Source of the DNA: Moniliella sp. 'wahieum'
Taxonomy: Eukaryota
Assembly: GCA_003971905.1 (NCBI GenBank)
Contig: RSEE01000052.1
Span: forward strand, 310,001 to 374,000
Direction of reading: 5' to 3'
Length of the DNA stretch: 64,000 bases
The translations under genes and the position numbers were made by a program. The notes under the pieces were generated by a model. The model saw only the letters and a program-made list of their open reading frames with translations, was not told the DNA's origin and searched no databases. The first letter of the stretch is position 1. Each line of letters opens with the position of its first letter. Positions 12,801 through 25,547 of the stretch are shown piece by piece.

Positions 12801-15800
12801 CCTACGCGTTACGCGTTACGCCTATTAGGCCCTGAGGCCTAAGGGACTCCATGTCTTATAGATCTCATGCACATGGATCATCGCTTCCCTTTTTTCCCAC
12901 CCCCTACTGACATGTAAGATGCATGCCGAGAGCAGGCGTATTCGTTTGGTATCGGACTAAAGACGTAACTACTACTAAAGCTTGTCCCTAGTACTATACT
13001 ACGCCTTTTTAGGCCTCCTTTCGCATGCACATCTTCTTCTGAGAGATCTGAGATCTGAAGCGTCGTTCCCCCGATTCGCTTTCTTCCGCGTGTCACGTGG
13101 TACGACAAACGAAATACCGTGCAAAAAAAGTTCGCCCGTCTCGGAGATCTAAGAACACAATAGACGAAGCTGGTATATTTTCGCCCAAATTGCAAAGACC
13201 ACACATGGTCTCCACAGTCAGTAAGAGTGAAGTATATACTATGGTGCAGAAGAGGGAAGTTTTTGGATAGATATATGTCATGTAACACCCTTTTCATTCT
13301 TCCATTCTGGGATGGGGGAGACCTGGCAGTGGTGCTACGCTAGGTACACCCCATCCACAGGCTCAGTTGTAGCAGCGTCTATAGTATGAAAAAACGTCTG
13401 TATTCTTCCAACTGAGTCGGAGAAGACTGTATTATAAGCTTCCCTGCGTAGTATGTGTGTGCGCCCGTTCCCATTAGGCGTGATTTTAGAACTGCCAACA
13501 TATGTGGAAGACGAAGACAACGCAAGGGAGAGACGTGGAGGTCTATTTGCAATGGGAACGCCGAGAAGAGAAGGAGTGGAAAGAGCCGGCTTTTGGTGGA
13601 GGGTGGGCCTTGGTGTGGGCCAGGTGGGCCGGTGGTGGGCCGCGGCCTTAGGCCTTATACGTATCCGCTGCGCCGCTGCGCATCATGCATCAGTTCATTA
13701 GTAGTATCATCCATCAACACTGAGTATCCAGACTGAGTTCAGCACTCTTATCAGCCTCGGCAGGCCTCGGCTTCGTGTGGGGTGGCTTCTGGTGGCTAGA
13801 ATATAGCAGCTGCGCGTCGGGCTCCCGATGCGCGATGTCTGGGTGAGCGTGGGAACCGGGAACCGGAGGCCAGAGGTCGGGCACAGGCCATCTAGCCCCA
13901 CATGTCTCCCATCCTCAGGCCTCAGGCCGTCCACGCGCAGCAACTACTAACTAGCAAGGCCCAGGGGGCAGAACATAATGATCAAAGTCGAGTTCGACAT
14001 ATATAGATAGCCTTCGCCAGTCAGCGCCAAAGGTCAGCGGTGACCGGTGAGGTCCCCAGTCGAATGACCAAGTGATCGATGATCAGGCACATCTAGGAGC
14101 AGGGAGTGCCTAGGCCCTAGGAGAGGACCCTAGTGCTGCGCAGGGGGAATGTTTCACGAAGATCGAAAGCTGGCGGGCGTAGCCATAGCGCTTAGCGCTT
14201 ATATTTACTGCTGTCAGCCTCTTGGGAAATTCGCTCACGCTTGACGGGTGACGAGAATAAGCTACCGGGACCAGGGTCCAAGTGGTTAATGACTAATGAC
14301 GTTAGTGACTCACTCATGCGTCATTAACCACCGGTCACCGCATCATCGATCACGATCACTTCATCACCGATGATTGGATCATCGACCAATGGATCACCGA
14401 TTGCTAGCCTCACTATCAAATCACAGCCAAATCACAGGATCCAAAAAAGATTAGGGGTTCAATTAATGCATTTCTGAATAGAGCAGGCGCTCGCATTTGC
14501 GCAGCAGAACACCGGGGGTAAATCCAGCGCACCTTGACGCGCTCGACGACGACGACGGGAAGGGCGAGGGGGCAAGGAGCGCTGCAAGAGTTAGTGGTTG
14601 CCCCCAGCCAAACGAAAAACGAGTAAGCGAAACTTGGGCACGCCATGAGTGGAAAGTCGAAAGACTTCTGGGGCACAAGCGATGAAAGAGAGTTAGTACA
14701 CGATGGACAACAGCACAGGATGCCAAGAACGTACCAGTGTGCATGGCATTTGGAGCTGCAAGTGCACAGAGAGGGAAGACAAGTTAGCTGAAGAACAGGG
14801 GGTGCGTGGAATGGGGATGGTACCGGCCATGATGTTACGGATGGTCTCCAAGGTGTTGGCCACGGATGCTTGTGGGAGGTTGTGGGTAACACGCGTGGCT
14901 CAGGACGTGGTAGAAGCTCTTGATTCCCAGTTGGAGTGTCGATTTGGATCCGAGACGACGCTGGCGATGGGCTTGGAGATGCTCGCGGCGACATTGAGGA
15001 TGATCTTGACGCGACGGTCTCCCAACCTGGCAGAAGGGCAGGTAGACAGGGTGAGGTGTGTACTCAGTCCTGGGCTCGAGGGGATGCGCGAGACCACAGG
15101 TGGGGATAGGGGAAGGCACGTATCCCGAGGAAGGTTGGTTTTTGCTGGGAAGGATGGTGGTGGGAGGGGGACGGAAGCGAACCTGGGGGGGGCGGGCTTT
15201 ATATCCACGTTTCCCAGGAGCATTCAGGCATGTATATATTCAGGCTGCCGATCCCTGCGACGGAACGCTAGCGAAGGCCAGCAGCACGACACTGTCACAT
15301 TCATCTGGCGCTGAGCAGTGTTACTTTCCGCCATGCTCGAGCGGAATGCCCAGGGCAATGCCCTCTCGCGTCGCGTTCTGAAAGCTACAGAGTGCTCTCG
15401 ATGGTATCCGCACTCCTGCTCCAAAACGAAGTGGCATCCCCTTTGAAGCAGCAAACGCCTCCTTTGGCCCCAGTCTGGGGGCCCCAAACTCAGATTCACA
15501 ACTGATCAGCAACCACCCACACTTATGAAAAGAAGATGATATCAGACCCATAGCACTCCGGTATAGAAGTACTGCTCTTGCAGCAGCGTGTGTGTTGCGC
15601 ATTCTACTTGTTGGCACTAGATTACAGGAAGAGCTATCGCCTATAATAGTTTTTCGCGGAATCAGTAACGTCGATGGTATTGAACAGGGAGCCTGCTAGG
15701 GTGGTGTTGCATAGCCTCGATGAGCCATACGGAGATTGGTTTGATGGAGCCGAATCATAAGTCTTTTGCCCGTATGACCATAGTTGCTGTTGAAAGGAAA

Positions 15801-18800
15801 CACCATTATATAGTGAAAGATATGGGATGGTTGGTATATATTTACAAGGGATACCGTAGTATTACCAAGACTCTTCCTCCCTTTTCTGCTCTTCACTAAG
15901 AGCCATTATGTGTGAAGGCCTCGTATTCTTCCCAATAATTAATGGAAAGCATGAATCAGACCTCATATGGGCAAGCGCCTGCTTCCCAAGTAATATTGAC
16001 GCCCATGTCGACCAATGCCCTCCCCAATATATATGTGGTTGTGTGGAAAGCCTGAGCCCCCCACCCCTCCTGCACAACAGTCTGTTTGTGCATAGTGTAT
16101 GAAAGCTATCCATATGTTTGTGAAGCACTGTGTGCATGTAAATGTTCCCAAACATGATCCACTGAGTCTCGAAAAATGAAGAAGATGCAAGCTATTCAGA
16201 CTTCTTCATTGGCCATCTGCTTCCAACTGAATCCCAAGACTGAATATTGATTGTCTCGTCTCCCGTTGTGATGATGAGTCTCGGGCACTTAGTTTAAAGA
16301 TGCGTCTGCCTTTCACTCGCTATAGCTACTCACTCTGAACTTACAAAATGACACACCAGTTCTCTGTACAAACGTTGTATATATCATACACAGTTTTTGT
16401 GCCCTGGCACATGTTGATATCTCTTTTCTAGCTACACATGCGTGCGTCTCGCTAGTTTTTGTATCAAATATCTGCTTGTCGTAACTCACTACGAACATTG
16501 CCTCTAACATGGCCATGGTGTATATAGGAAACGGCATAGTACAGGAGGAAGCGTACACTTTGGCCATAAGTTGGTGACCGACATGGTGGTAAGAAGAGTC
16601 CGAGTCCCACTCGGCGTAGGCACGCCGTCGCATCCAGGGCCATCGACTTGGGTGTAGCACATGCCGGTATCGACTTGGATGTATTTGCTCCACTTGTGCT
16701 ATCTGCATGGGCACATCGCATGGACCTTGGCGCATTGCACGACTTGTGTGTTTTTTGTGCGTACTGCATAGGCTGCGCATATTGCACGGACTTGTGCGTA
16801 TCGCATCGACTTAGCGTACAGAGCCGCGCCCACGATGCGCAGCAGCAGCACCGGGCACATCACCCAAATGCTCACCGCATCCACCATGCAGCACCGGGCG
16901 CATCACCCATTGCTCACCGCATTCGCCAGGCCGGCGTTGTGCATCACCCAATGCTCACCGCATGCAGCTGCCCATCGTGTGTCTCAGATGCCCACGCGCG
17001 TACATATTTCGCAACGCCCCCCCCCAGCTGGGACACCCCCTCCCAGTGGGCCACTGTCCAGCCCTATCCCGTTCAATTTGGCCGACGTGGTTGGTGGACC
17101 CTGGATTTGGCACACTGTCCCCGTGCCCAGGCGTCACCCGTCAAGCGTGAGCGGATTTCCCCAAGAGTGTCAGCATGACAGAGGTACGCAAAGGTATGTA
17201 TGCATGGCACCTCGGTCCAAGAGCAGGAACAGCGACCACCGCCGGCTCCATCCGCCCTCTGAGGCTGTTGTTCCGTTTTCAGAAGATGAACATGGGGGTT
17301 CGGTCGTTCTCGCTTCGCCGAAGCCCCCCATCGACCATCGACCATCGACCATCGCGCCCCGCCAAAGCATATAATTCATTGTCACATCATGTGTCTCGCG
17401 CATTAGTAACGCGTTACTTATACATGCGTTTCACCTACTTCATGTTATGTGTCGCAGCTGGAAGTGTGGAGGATCGACTACCACAACGACCCCGCTTTTC
17501 TTCCGCCCCGCCGTTTCAGTTAAGTGACATTGGCTAGAACCGAGGCTAACTCATAGTATGTGAAAAACATATACGGCTGTGGGACTCTATCTCTTCATCC
17601 GCCGCAATTGTTTATTGGGCCGAGAGTTCCCAGCCTGCTTCTGTGGAAAAGGCGCGGCTGGGCAAATCTGCACAACAGCGGACACAGAGAGAATGATGTG
17701 AATTGCGTTAATGATGGGCAAAAAGGGTAGGAAAACTGAAAAGTCAGGATAGCATATATGTGTTGCTGTTGTATAACAACGTCCGTAGCCCCCCCCCGCC
17801 CCCCTAGAAAGAGCTATAGAGGTAACAAGAGTGATCAGCACCAAGACCTTTGCGAGAAAGAAATGCAATTATAGACCCAAAAGTTCCTTTTAAAATCAGA
17901 GGGAAAGGAGAGAGGGAGGAGCAAGAAAAGAGAAGCGAGCCTGAGCAAACAAGCGAGAGTGAGCATCAGTCTGTGCGCGTGAAACCAATCCGTCCAGCTA
18001 CGCGGGCGCCTCTGTTGATCAAGTGGGGAGAGTTCAGCAGAACCATGTATAGCACTACATACCCTCTCACACACACCACCTGGTGCCAGTACGCGCAGTG
18101 GAGATCACGTTCACTCTGAATTCATATTCATTCCTGTAATCGCGATAATCGGACTTCGCCAGGAAACAATGGTTGCTGGAACCAGTCAGTCCAAAGTTTT
18201 TGTGAATTTTGCGAGATGTGGATCGGCCTTTTCGCAATTGGCGAGAGTGAGCTCCTATCACAAGCGTCCAATGTCATTTACCCAAAAATACCCTTTCCCG
18301 ACTCTGTCCTTCTTCTCAAAAAGTGTAACAATAACAGCTCCTTTTGCTAGTGTGGAGGGTTGATCTGCTTGTTACGTTTTCTTCAATGGTATATCCAAAT
18401 CGAGATCTACCTATAACGCCTGAAAAGGGTTGTGTTTTGAGGCTGCTGGAGAGGAGGGGGATGGGACATCTAGAGCTGACTGTCCTCACTATAGTATTTA
18501 GTGACCCTGACAATCTGGGAAGACTGTATCAAGGAGAAAGAGACTTGAACCTGAGAGAGGGGCTGTATGTGAAAGCATCAGCTCGCTTTTGTTAAACCGC
18601 ATTTTGTTCTCCTCTGACCCCACACAGAGTCATATATGCATTATTCCTCTCTTCCCTCTGCATCCCCCAGGCTACCATCTCCCTCCATGAAACTACCTGC
18701 CTGATCCGCACCACAGGACGCATCAACCTACTCCAAAACTACTGTTGTACGTATACATCAGATCCCTGCTGGATTTCATAGGTATTTGATCCCACAACGT

Positions 18801-20469
18801 GTAGCGTCAAGGCAGACCGTGACCATGATCAACATGTACTGATGGAGGAATAACTTCCGTCTGTGTGTGCTGTGAGCTTCGACCCGGTGTTCTTCGACTC
18901 GGGGGGTGCCATTCCTTGTTGGCCGATCCTTTAACCCCAAAAAGGCTTGCTACAATTAGCATGACAACATATACCCGTGGTTGTGAGTGAGGTCACGCGA
19001 TAGCAAGCAACGGTTCTCCTACGTTTTGGGTTTGCTGCTTCTGTTGATGTGTTCCTCACACGCCCTCCTCCCGTGACTAGCCTCCTCCGTTCTCCGCTGC
19101 TTCACGATAGAACACATTATTCCATATTGACCAACCTTCAACTATTGCGCCACCCACTCTCTCCACCTACTGTACGCTATACCCGCTTCTTCTCGCCCTG
19201 TAACGCTTCACCACAGGCACCACCAACAGACCTGTTCGTGTCGTCTCCTCATCGTCACCAATGGCCCTTATCCAACGGCTTGTCCAGTATGCAATCTGGC
19301 CAGCTTGGACCCAGACGTTCACTCGACCCACACCTCTATCTTCTGGGCGGTGTGTACGGTTATGCATCATGCCCGGTTATGCTGCTTTGCAACTGGTGAC
19401 AATCACAAGCGGTGGGTTATGGAAGGCTGGAGGATATATAAGCGCCGCGCGGTACAGTTACACTACCAAAAGGGTTTCTTTATATATAGGGCTAGCACAC
19501 CCAGATGAAAATCGCGCTGAGCTTCTCAATGGCACACCTGTTCTTGAGGAGTCCTTATTTGCTAGAGTGGAACTTGGGAGGACTCGCGAACCTATGTACC
19601 AGCTGCAAAGCAGCCTTCCAACAAGGCGGGAAGGGGCAAACTGGTGAGCCACAAGTCTTCAAGCAACGTCCGAAGGAAATGAGAGAGAGGAGAGAGAGGA
19701 GGCAACAGATGGAACGAATAGGCCGGTGCGCAGTCTGCCCGAGCGCAATCCTTCCAACCGACTAGGCGAGCGTCTTCGTTGATACTATCAACCGAGGGCC
19801 GTGCAGGGGAACCCTATAGCACTACCCTCCAACAATTTGGAGGTCTGCGGACCACCATGCAGTTGTGACAAAACATCCTTGTATTCTTCGTGAGCGATTT
19901 ATCAAAAGTGGCAACTGTGGTTGTTTTGTATCGAGTTCTTTTTATCGGGATTGGGGGAGTCGGGCAAACCTCTAGTTGAGACTGTCAGAGCTCGCCTCGA
20001 GAAAAGTTCCATCTCATAGCCAGTAGGGGGGAATGGTCGATGATAGAGCCTAGGGAAAAGGAGAGAAACAGGAAGGAAGACCAGAGCTCTTCTACGTATA
20101 TAATGATGATGTCGCATAGACCGAGAAAAACATGGGGAGAGTCGTGTATAAAACAGAAGGAATATGATCAGGGCATAGGAACAAACAAGACAGAGGAACA
20201 GCAGAAGCGCCTTCCCTGACATCGGAGGTGGATGGGAAAGCACTGTGATAAGGGTGAATGGGGGTAGACCCAACCAAGCCATGGTCTCAGGGGGTCAAAC
20301 AAAAGGAGAAGAGACGGGAAAACGAGATCTGTCCAAACAGAAATGCAATGCCAGAAGATGGTATCCAGATGCGCGTACCCTCTGTTGCGTGACGCCACAT
20401 ACTTCTTGTGCCTTGTGGAGCTGGCACACCAAGCGGTCCACCTGGACAAATTCCATAGGGTGTGGAGTG

Positions 20470-23031
20470 CTACATCTGCACGGGACTCACCAGGCTCTTC
20501 ATAAACGAGTGCAAGGTCCGTCCGGCGTCGGGGCCCCACTGCGGCGACAAGGTTAGTTCTCGTTTGGCCAAGCCAAAAGTTAAGGTCGGAGGGAGCAGCA
20601 CGTACCTCACCCTGCGACACCTCGTCACAGCACCGTTCAAACTCGCGCGACTCGGCGACAGCGGGCCAATTGTCGTACACAAACCGTTTAACCCATCATG
20701 CAGCGAGGCAAAGAAGCGCGTGGCCAAGAATACGCGGAATGCTGTGCTGGGCGTAAGGTGGTGCAGTACATGTTGCTCGGCGGCGGAGAGCAAACGCGCT
20801 TCCCCATACCGATGCGCCAGGCGGTACATTGTCAGTGCCGAAGCAGGCGGCGGCAGAGGAGGCGCACACGGATGGGCATGAGGGTCCGCTTGCCTTCCGG
20901 TTCCTATGACCGAGGCTGACCCGCCCCACTCTGGCTCCGGCGTCCAGCGGCACTCCTCTTCCGATGGCCCATCCAGGTCACTCGCCGTGGGAGGGGAAGA
21001 CACTTCCCACTCGTAGGGCATGGCATCAGTATACTTGCTCACCCACTCCAGTGCTTCAACCGGGGTCCAATCTACCAGGAAGCTGCCTTGCGCCCCGTCC
21101 AGCGCAGGTCCTAGCGCCAGGCAGTGATCCACGTTGCCACAATCCTTGGCCTCTTCCGTAGGGGTAAACTCGACGTGTTCGACGTACAAGTAGCGCAAAA
21201 GCCAGTACATGGTCGCATAGTCGGCATCCACCACATGCAGCTCGTGCACCCCACGGCTGCCACCTTCGCCTTCGGCAAATGCACTGTCCAACATGGTCGC
21301 AAAGTACTTGGAGCGAGCTTTGAGGATGGCGCTGTGGGCCCAGATCACCCGGTCCCGCACCACCAGTACCGCTTCAGCTTCTCCCTCCATCGGAGCAGCG
21401 GGGCGCTCGTTGCCGAGAGGATAGGGAAGAACTACAGTCTCCTCCACCTTGGGCAGAGGGAGCTGGGCGGACCATTCCTGGGGCACCGTGTCGGTCTCGT
21501 CCGCCGGGTAGGAGGGTTCGGAAGGTTCGGCGGCCGCTTTGGCGCGCTGCCGGACCTCCGTCTGTAAGCGCGCACTTTGTCGTGCACTCCATCCCAGGGG
21601 GAGGTAGGCGACACCGCGCTCGCGCGTGCGGATGCACACGTCGCCCGAACGCGGACAATCTAGCAGACTGCCCAGCGCATCCAGAATGGTTGGCGCGACA
21701 TAGCGCGTGTCGGGTTGCGGGAACAGCACTGCGCCCGGGCCATGCTCCGGCGGGCGCCGCACCGGCACCCGTGACGATATTGATGGTGAGTGCCACAGCG
21801 TCTTGGCGTCGCACGTCGGGATGCTCCAACAGTTTCGACAGCGGCGGGATTTCGTGGCAGGCAAAGTACTCGGCCTCGTGACTAAAGGTGAAGGTGTGAA
21901 ACGATTGGTGCAGGTAAGGCGAGGGATCGAGGACGCCGCTCCGCCGCTCTGGGAGGGCAGCGCCGACAGCGGCCGGACCCCACCATGATGGATGCTGTCA
22001 CCGGACCAACGGGCCGGGTGGGGACGGGAACGGTGGAGGGCTTGCGTTTGAGTGCAGGAAGAGGCTTTTCCAAGTCGCAGTTGGTCAGGTAGACGCTCAG
22101 CGTGGTGACTGTCTTGCGCTTTGGTGCTTGGTGGGGGATCGTTTGGGTCGGAACGCGCTGGCGCTCATGAACCCGGGCGCAGGGATGGGAATGGAACTGT
22201 GAGTGTCGTGCCCGCGTGGCTCAGAGATGACCGTCTGACGCCGCACCAGCTCCAGCTTCCACTGTCCATCACCAAAGACGGGCTCGGTGGACCAGACTTC
22301 GCTCCGCCCGGCTCCAGCCGACACAGATCGGGTGATGCCATCGGCATCGTGCTCGGACGACAGCGCTGACGGGCCGTCGCCCTCCTCCTCTGACTCGACC
22401 GAAGGCGACGAGCTGGAGGGCGTCGCATCGACCCCGGCCCCCGGGGCGGAAGAATGCTACCTCGTCCCGCAACAGCGCCACATCACTGATCACCCACGTA
22501 AACGACACTGCCTTGGTCTCTTCAAATTTGGTGGCCCGCTGCCCGGGGGCAGCAGGCGCGTGTTCGGGTGTTGGGTTGGGGGCAGCTCGTGCCATGCTCA
22601 GACTCGAGTGGCGCGAGTGACGCAGCGCGCTGGGTGGCACGGGGACGGGGGGAAGTCCCAGGGGGCAAAGCTAGATGCTGAGCTGGCCCGCGACGGGCCA
22701 GGGGGGGAAGCGGACGCATTGAACCCCGAGACGGATTGCGGGCGAAGCGACGAGCCTGGCCAGCGGCGCGGACTGCCGACGGAGCCGAGGGGGTTGGAAC
22801 GGCTGTATAACGGACGTGCGGAATGGGGAGTCGGCGTGGCTCCTCGTCCGGGAGAGACTGTCGACGGTTGGGCAGGGGCAGGGGCGGTGGCCAAGGCAGG
22901 GGAGCCCAGGGTGGCGGGCCAGACGCAGGTGCGGAGGAGGGAGGGACGGGAGTGCTGGGCGGGTGGGCAGTGGAGGAGGAGGAGGGCGTGGGCGTGGAGG
23001 CGGAAGTGCTGGACGACGGGACGGCGCTCAT
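20470..23031 (-). CDS. MATH-like + BTB/POZ domain protein (SPOP-like Cul3 adaptor architecture), frameshifted with at least one intron
   Basis: FEETKAVSFTWVISDV, PVFGDGQWKLEL, TLSVYL (MATH-like); SGDVCIR...IWAHSAILKARSKYFATMLDSAFAEG...VDADYATMYWLLRYLY (BTB); ASALTMYRLAHRYG...LTPSTAF (BACK-like). Confidence 0.8.
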
Positions 23032-23667
23032 GGTGGGTTGGGGGGCGGTGGGGGGGTGGAGGCGCGGCGGTTGGTGGATGGAGCGACGGGCTGATTAAAT
23101 GTTAATCAGCCCTGCTGTGACGGTGGGCAGAGGCAGTGAGGCAGTGTGCACGTCATGTCGTCACCACCCGATATCGATAACATCTACCCACCCGCCCCAT
23201 CTCGATTGCAACATTGCACCCGCGTGCCTTCGTATATATACCAAGCGCATATGAATACTCTTCGCGGCGGCAAAGAGAGGGCGGCTCGGGTGCATTGTTA
23301 GGGCTGCCTCTCGTCCCAGCGGGGCCCAGGGGAAGGCGTACGGTATAGGCAACGTCCACAAGGGGCAACAGCACCTGCGCCAGCGATCTCGGCAGAAGCG
23401 CGCAAAAAACACAGCAGCAACAGTCCATTTCCCATGAAATCACCAGCGCGCGGGTAGGCTCTAGTCCAGTCCTGTTGGTGAATAGAGCCCGTCAGTATTT
23501 GCTGGCAACAACGGCGCAAGTGCCTGGACACAGTGGGCAGTCTCCCCACATCATTATTGATGGAAATCGCGGGCAACACACAACATCTGGACCAAGGAAC
23601 CCTGTAGCACCGTTTATAACTTCTCTCCGTTTTGTCTGCTGAAACGGGGCAACAATCTCACCCCAAT

Positions 23668-23763
23668 GGCATCGTGGTGTAGTTGGTTTATCACGTATCC
23701 TTAACATTGGCCCTTGGCTCATGCTAACGGATAAGGTCCCCGGTTCGAGCCCGGGCGAAGTCA
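23668..23763 (+). tRNA. tRNA-Val: tRNA-Val(AAC) with 21-nt intron (23707-23727)
   Basis: Acceptor GGCATCG/CGAAGTC-A, A-box TGGTGTAGTTGG, anticodon stem TATCC/GGATA with loop TT-AAC-A[intron]C, T-arm CCCGG-TTCGAGC-CCGGG, followed by a TTTTTTT Pol III terminator. Confidence 0.93.
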
Positions 23764-24579
23764 CTTTTTGTTATTTTTCGACGACTAATTTATTCCCGCC
23801 CTGTATTGGGATCCTTTGAGACTCACCCGAGGGGTATGTGTGGCTGACGGCTAAGATATTATAGAACCGTTCGGAGGTGCTGGCTCCTGTGCCAGCCCCA
23901 CACTGTGCAAGAAGAAAGCAAGCACTCCGCACGAGAGAAGGGTAGGCGGCATCCATTACACATTATGCATTACACGCACACGCCTTGGCATCACGGACCT
24001 CTGCACAAGTATACTCATCATACACCCTTCCCGCCAGCTACTCAGATAGTATGTCGACCGGTCTGACAGCCTTTAATCGGTCACGAGCCATTCCCAGGGA
24101 TCGTCTACTACGGATGAGGTTCAAACTCAGACCCAAGCTCAAGCTCAGCTCAAGCTTAAGCGCCAGCACCTTGAAGCTCACCTTGCTGACGCGCTGACGA
24201 ATAGACCAGGCCGCCTTGACATGAAGCTTGCAACTTCGCTTTTGAATACCCGTGACCGGTGACCGACTTATCCAGTAGCTCTTTGCCTTTTCCCGCTCTG
24301 CCGTGGTCAGCAAGTCACCTCGTTGGTCCATTTTCCCGTTCCTTCCGCCTGCCTATTATTATTCAACACAGAAGACAATGACATTAATGACAGGCACAAG
24401 AGTAACCCGTGGGCAAGTGGCCCGGTGCGCTGGACTGAGCACAGGAAAAGCGCATGGGCACACCTTGGAGGCGGAGAGAATGACAGGGGGTGAAGCTTGA
24501 AGCTTGAAGGTGGTGTGTGTGTGTTGACGAGCTGGCAAATGGGCATGCCGCGGAACCCGAACCAGGCACGGCACAGAGG

Positions 24580-25547
24580 CTACAGAGGAGCAAGCGGAGC
24601 GTAGGCCTGCGCATCTGGAAAGTCGGGCAATTGGTCGACCTTGACTTGAATGCCCGATTGGACTGTCCCATCGGCCAACTTGATGGTCACTGTCCCGTCT
24701 TCGCTGCCAAAGTAGGCTGCCTTGCATGACCCCACAAACAGCCCCACCTCCACCACACCCGTCATGGCTTTGAGTTGGTGAAGCAGCGCGCCAGGTTCGG
24801 CCATCCGTTCCCGCGGGAAGGGGGCGTCGATGATCAAGTTGCTGGTAAATAAGTTAGTCGACAAGAAAAAAAACGAGTAAGAGACAGGGTTGGGGCGCGG
24901 GTGCAGCGGCGGGGAGGGACGTACCCATTGTCCGACACGACAGGGCCAGCCTTCATCTTGGCCATGCGCAGGGCAGGTTCAATAGAACCTGCTGCGACGA
25001 GTTGGGTCATGACCAAGCTCAGGGCAAACGGAACCACCTCGATTGGTACGCCGCGAACCCAATTGGTGCCGAGCACCTCGGCGTTCTTGCGGCTGTCGGC
25101 AACGACCACAAACGTATCTGCCATTTCCGCCAGCACTTTTTCTCGCAACTGACACGCTCCGCCGCCCTTGATGCAATTCAGCTGGTGGTCGCACTCGTCT
25201 GCGCCGTCAATGTCCACGTCGAGGCGGGTGACAGCGTCTGGGTCGGAGAGGGAGAGACCGGCAGCAAGGATGAGACGCTTGGACTGGAAGCCGGTCGGAA
25301 TAAAAATACGGCGGCGGTTGACGCTGGGGCCCTGCTGGAGAATGCGCTCCACGACGTAGGGTACGGTAGAGCCACTGCCGATACCAATGGCGCGGTGATG
25401 GGGCAGGATTTGGGCATCGACAGCGGCATAGGCAGCGGCACGCTTGGCAGCCTCGACGGCGGACAGGACGGGGAGCTCTTGGGGCTGCCTCTCCTCGGGG
25501 GAGGTGGGGGAGGTGGGGATGGTGGTGAAGGAGGGCGAGCTGCTCAT
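24580..25547 (-). CDS. RKI1: Ribose-5-phosphate isomerase A; intron 24842-24924
   Basis: IGIGSGSTV, PTGFQS, DIDGADE, IKGGGACQLREK, GPVVSDNG|NLIID, GVVEVGLF motifs; a GTACGT...TTACCAG intron restores the frame. Confidence 0.95.

Noticed and set aside
23720..23729. GCTAAC branch-point-like sequence in the tRNA intron
   Set aside because: The intron is at the canonical 37/38 tRNA position and lacks GT-AG ends; coincidental.
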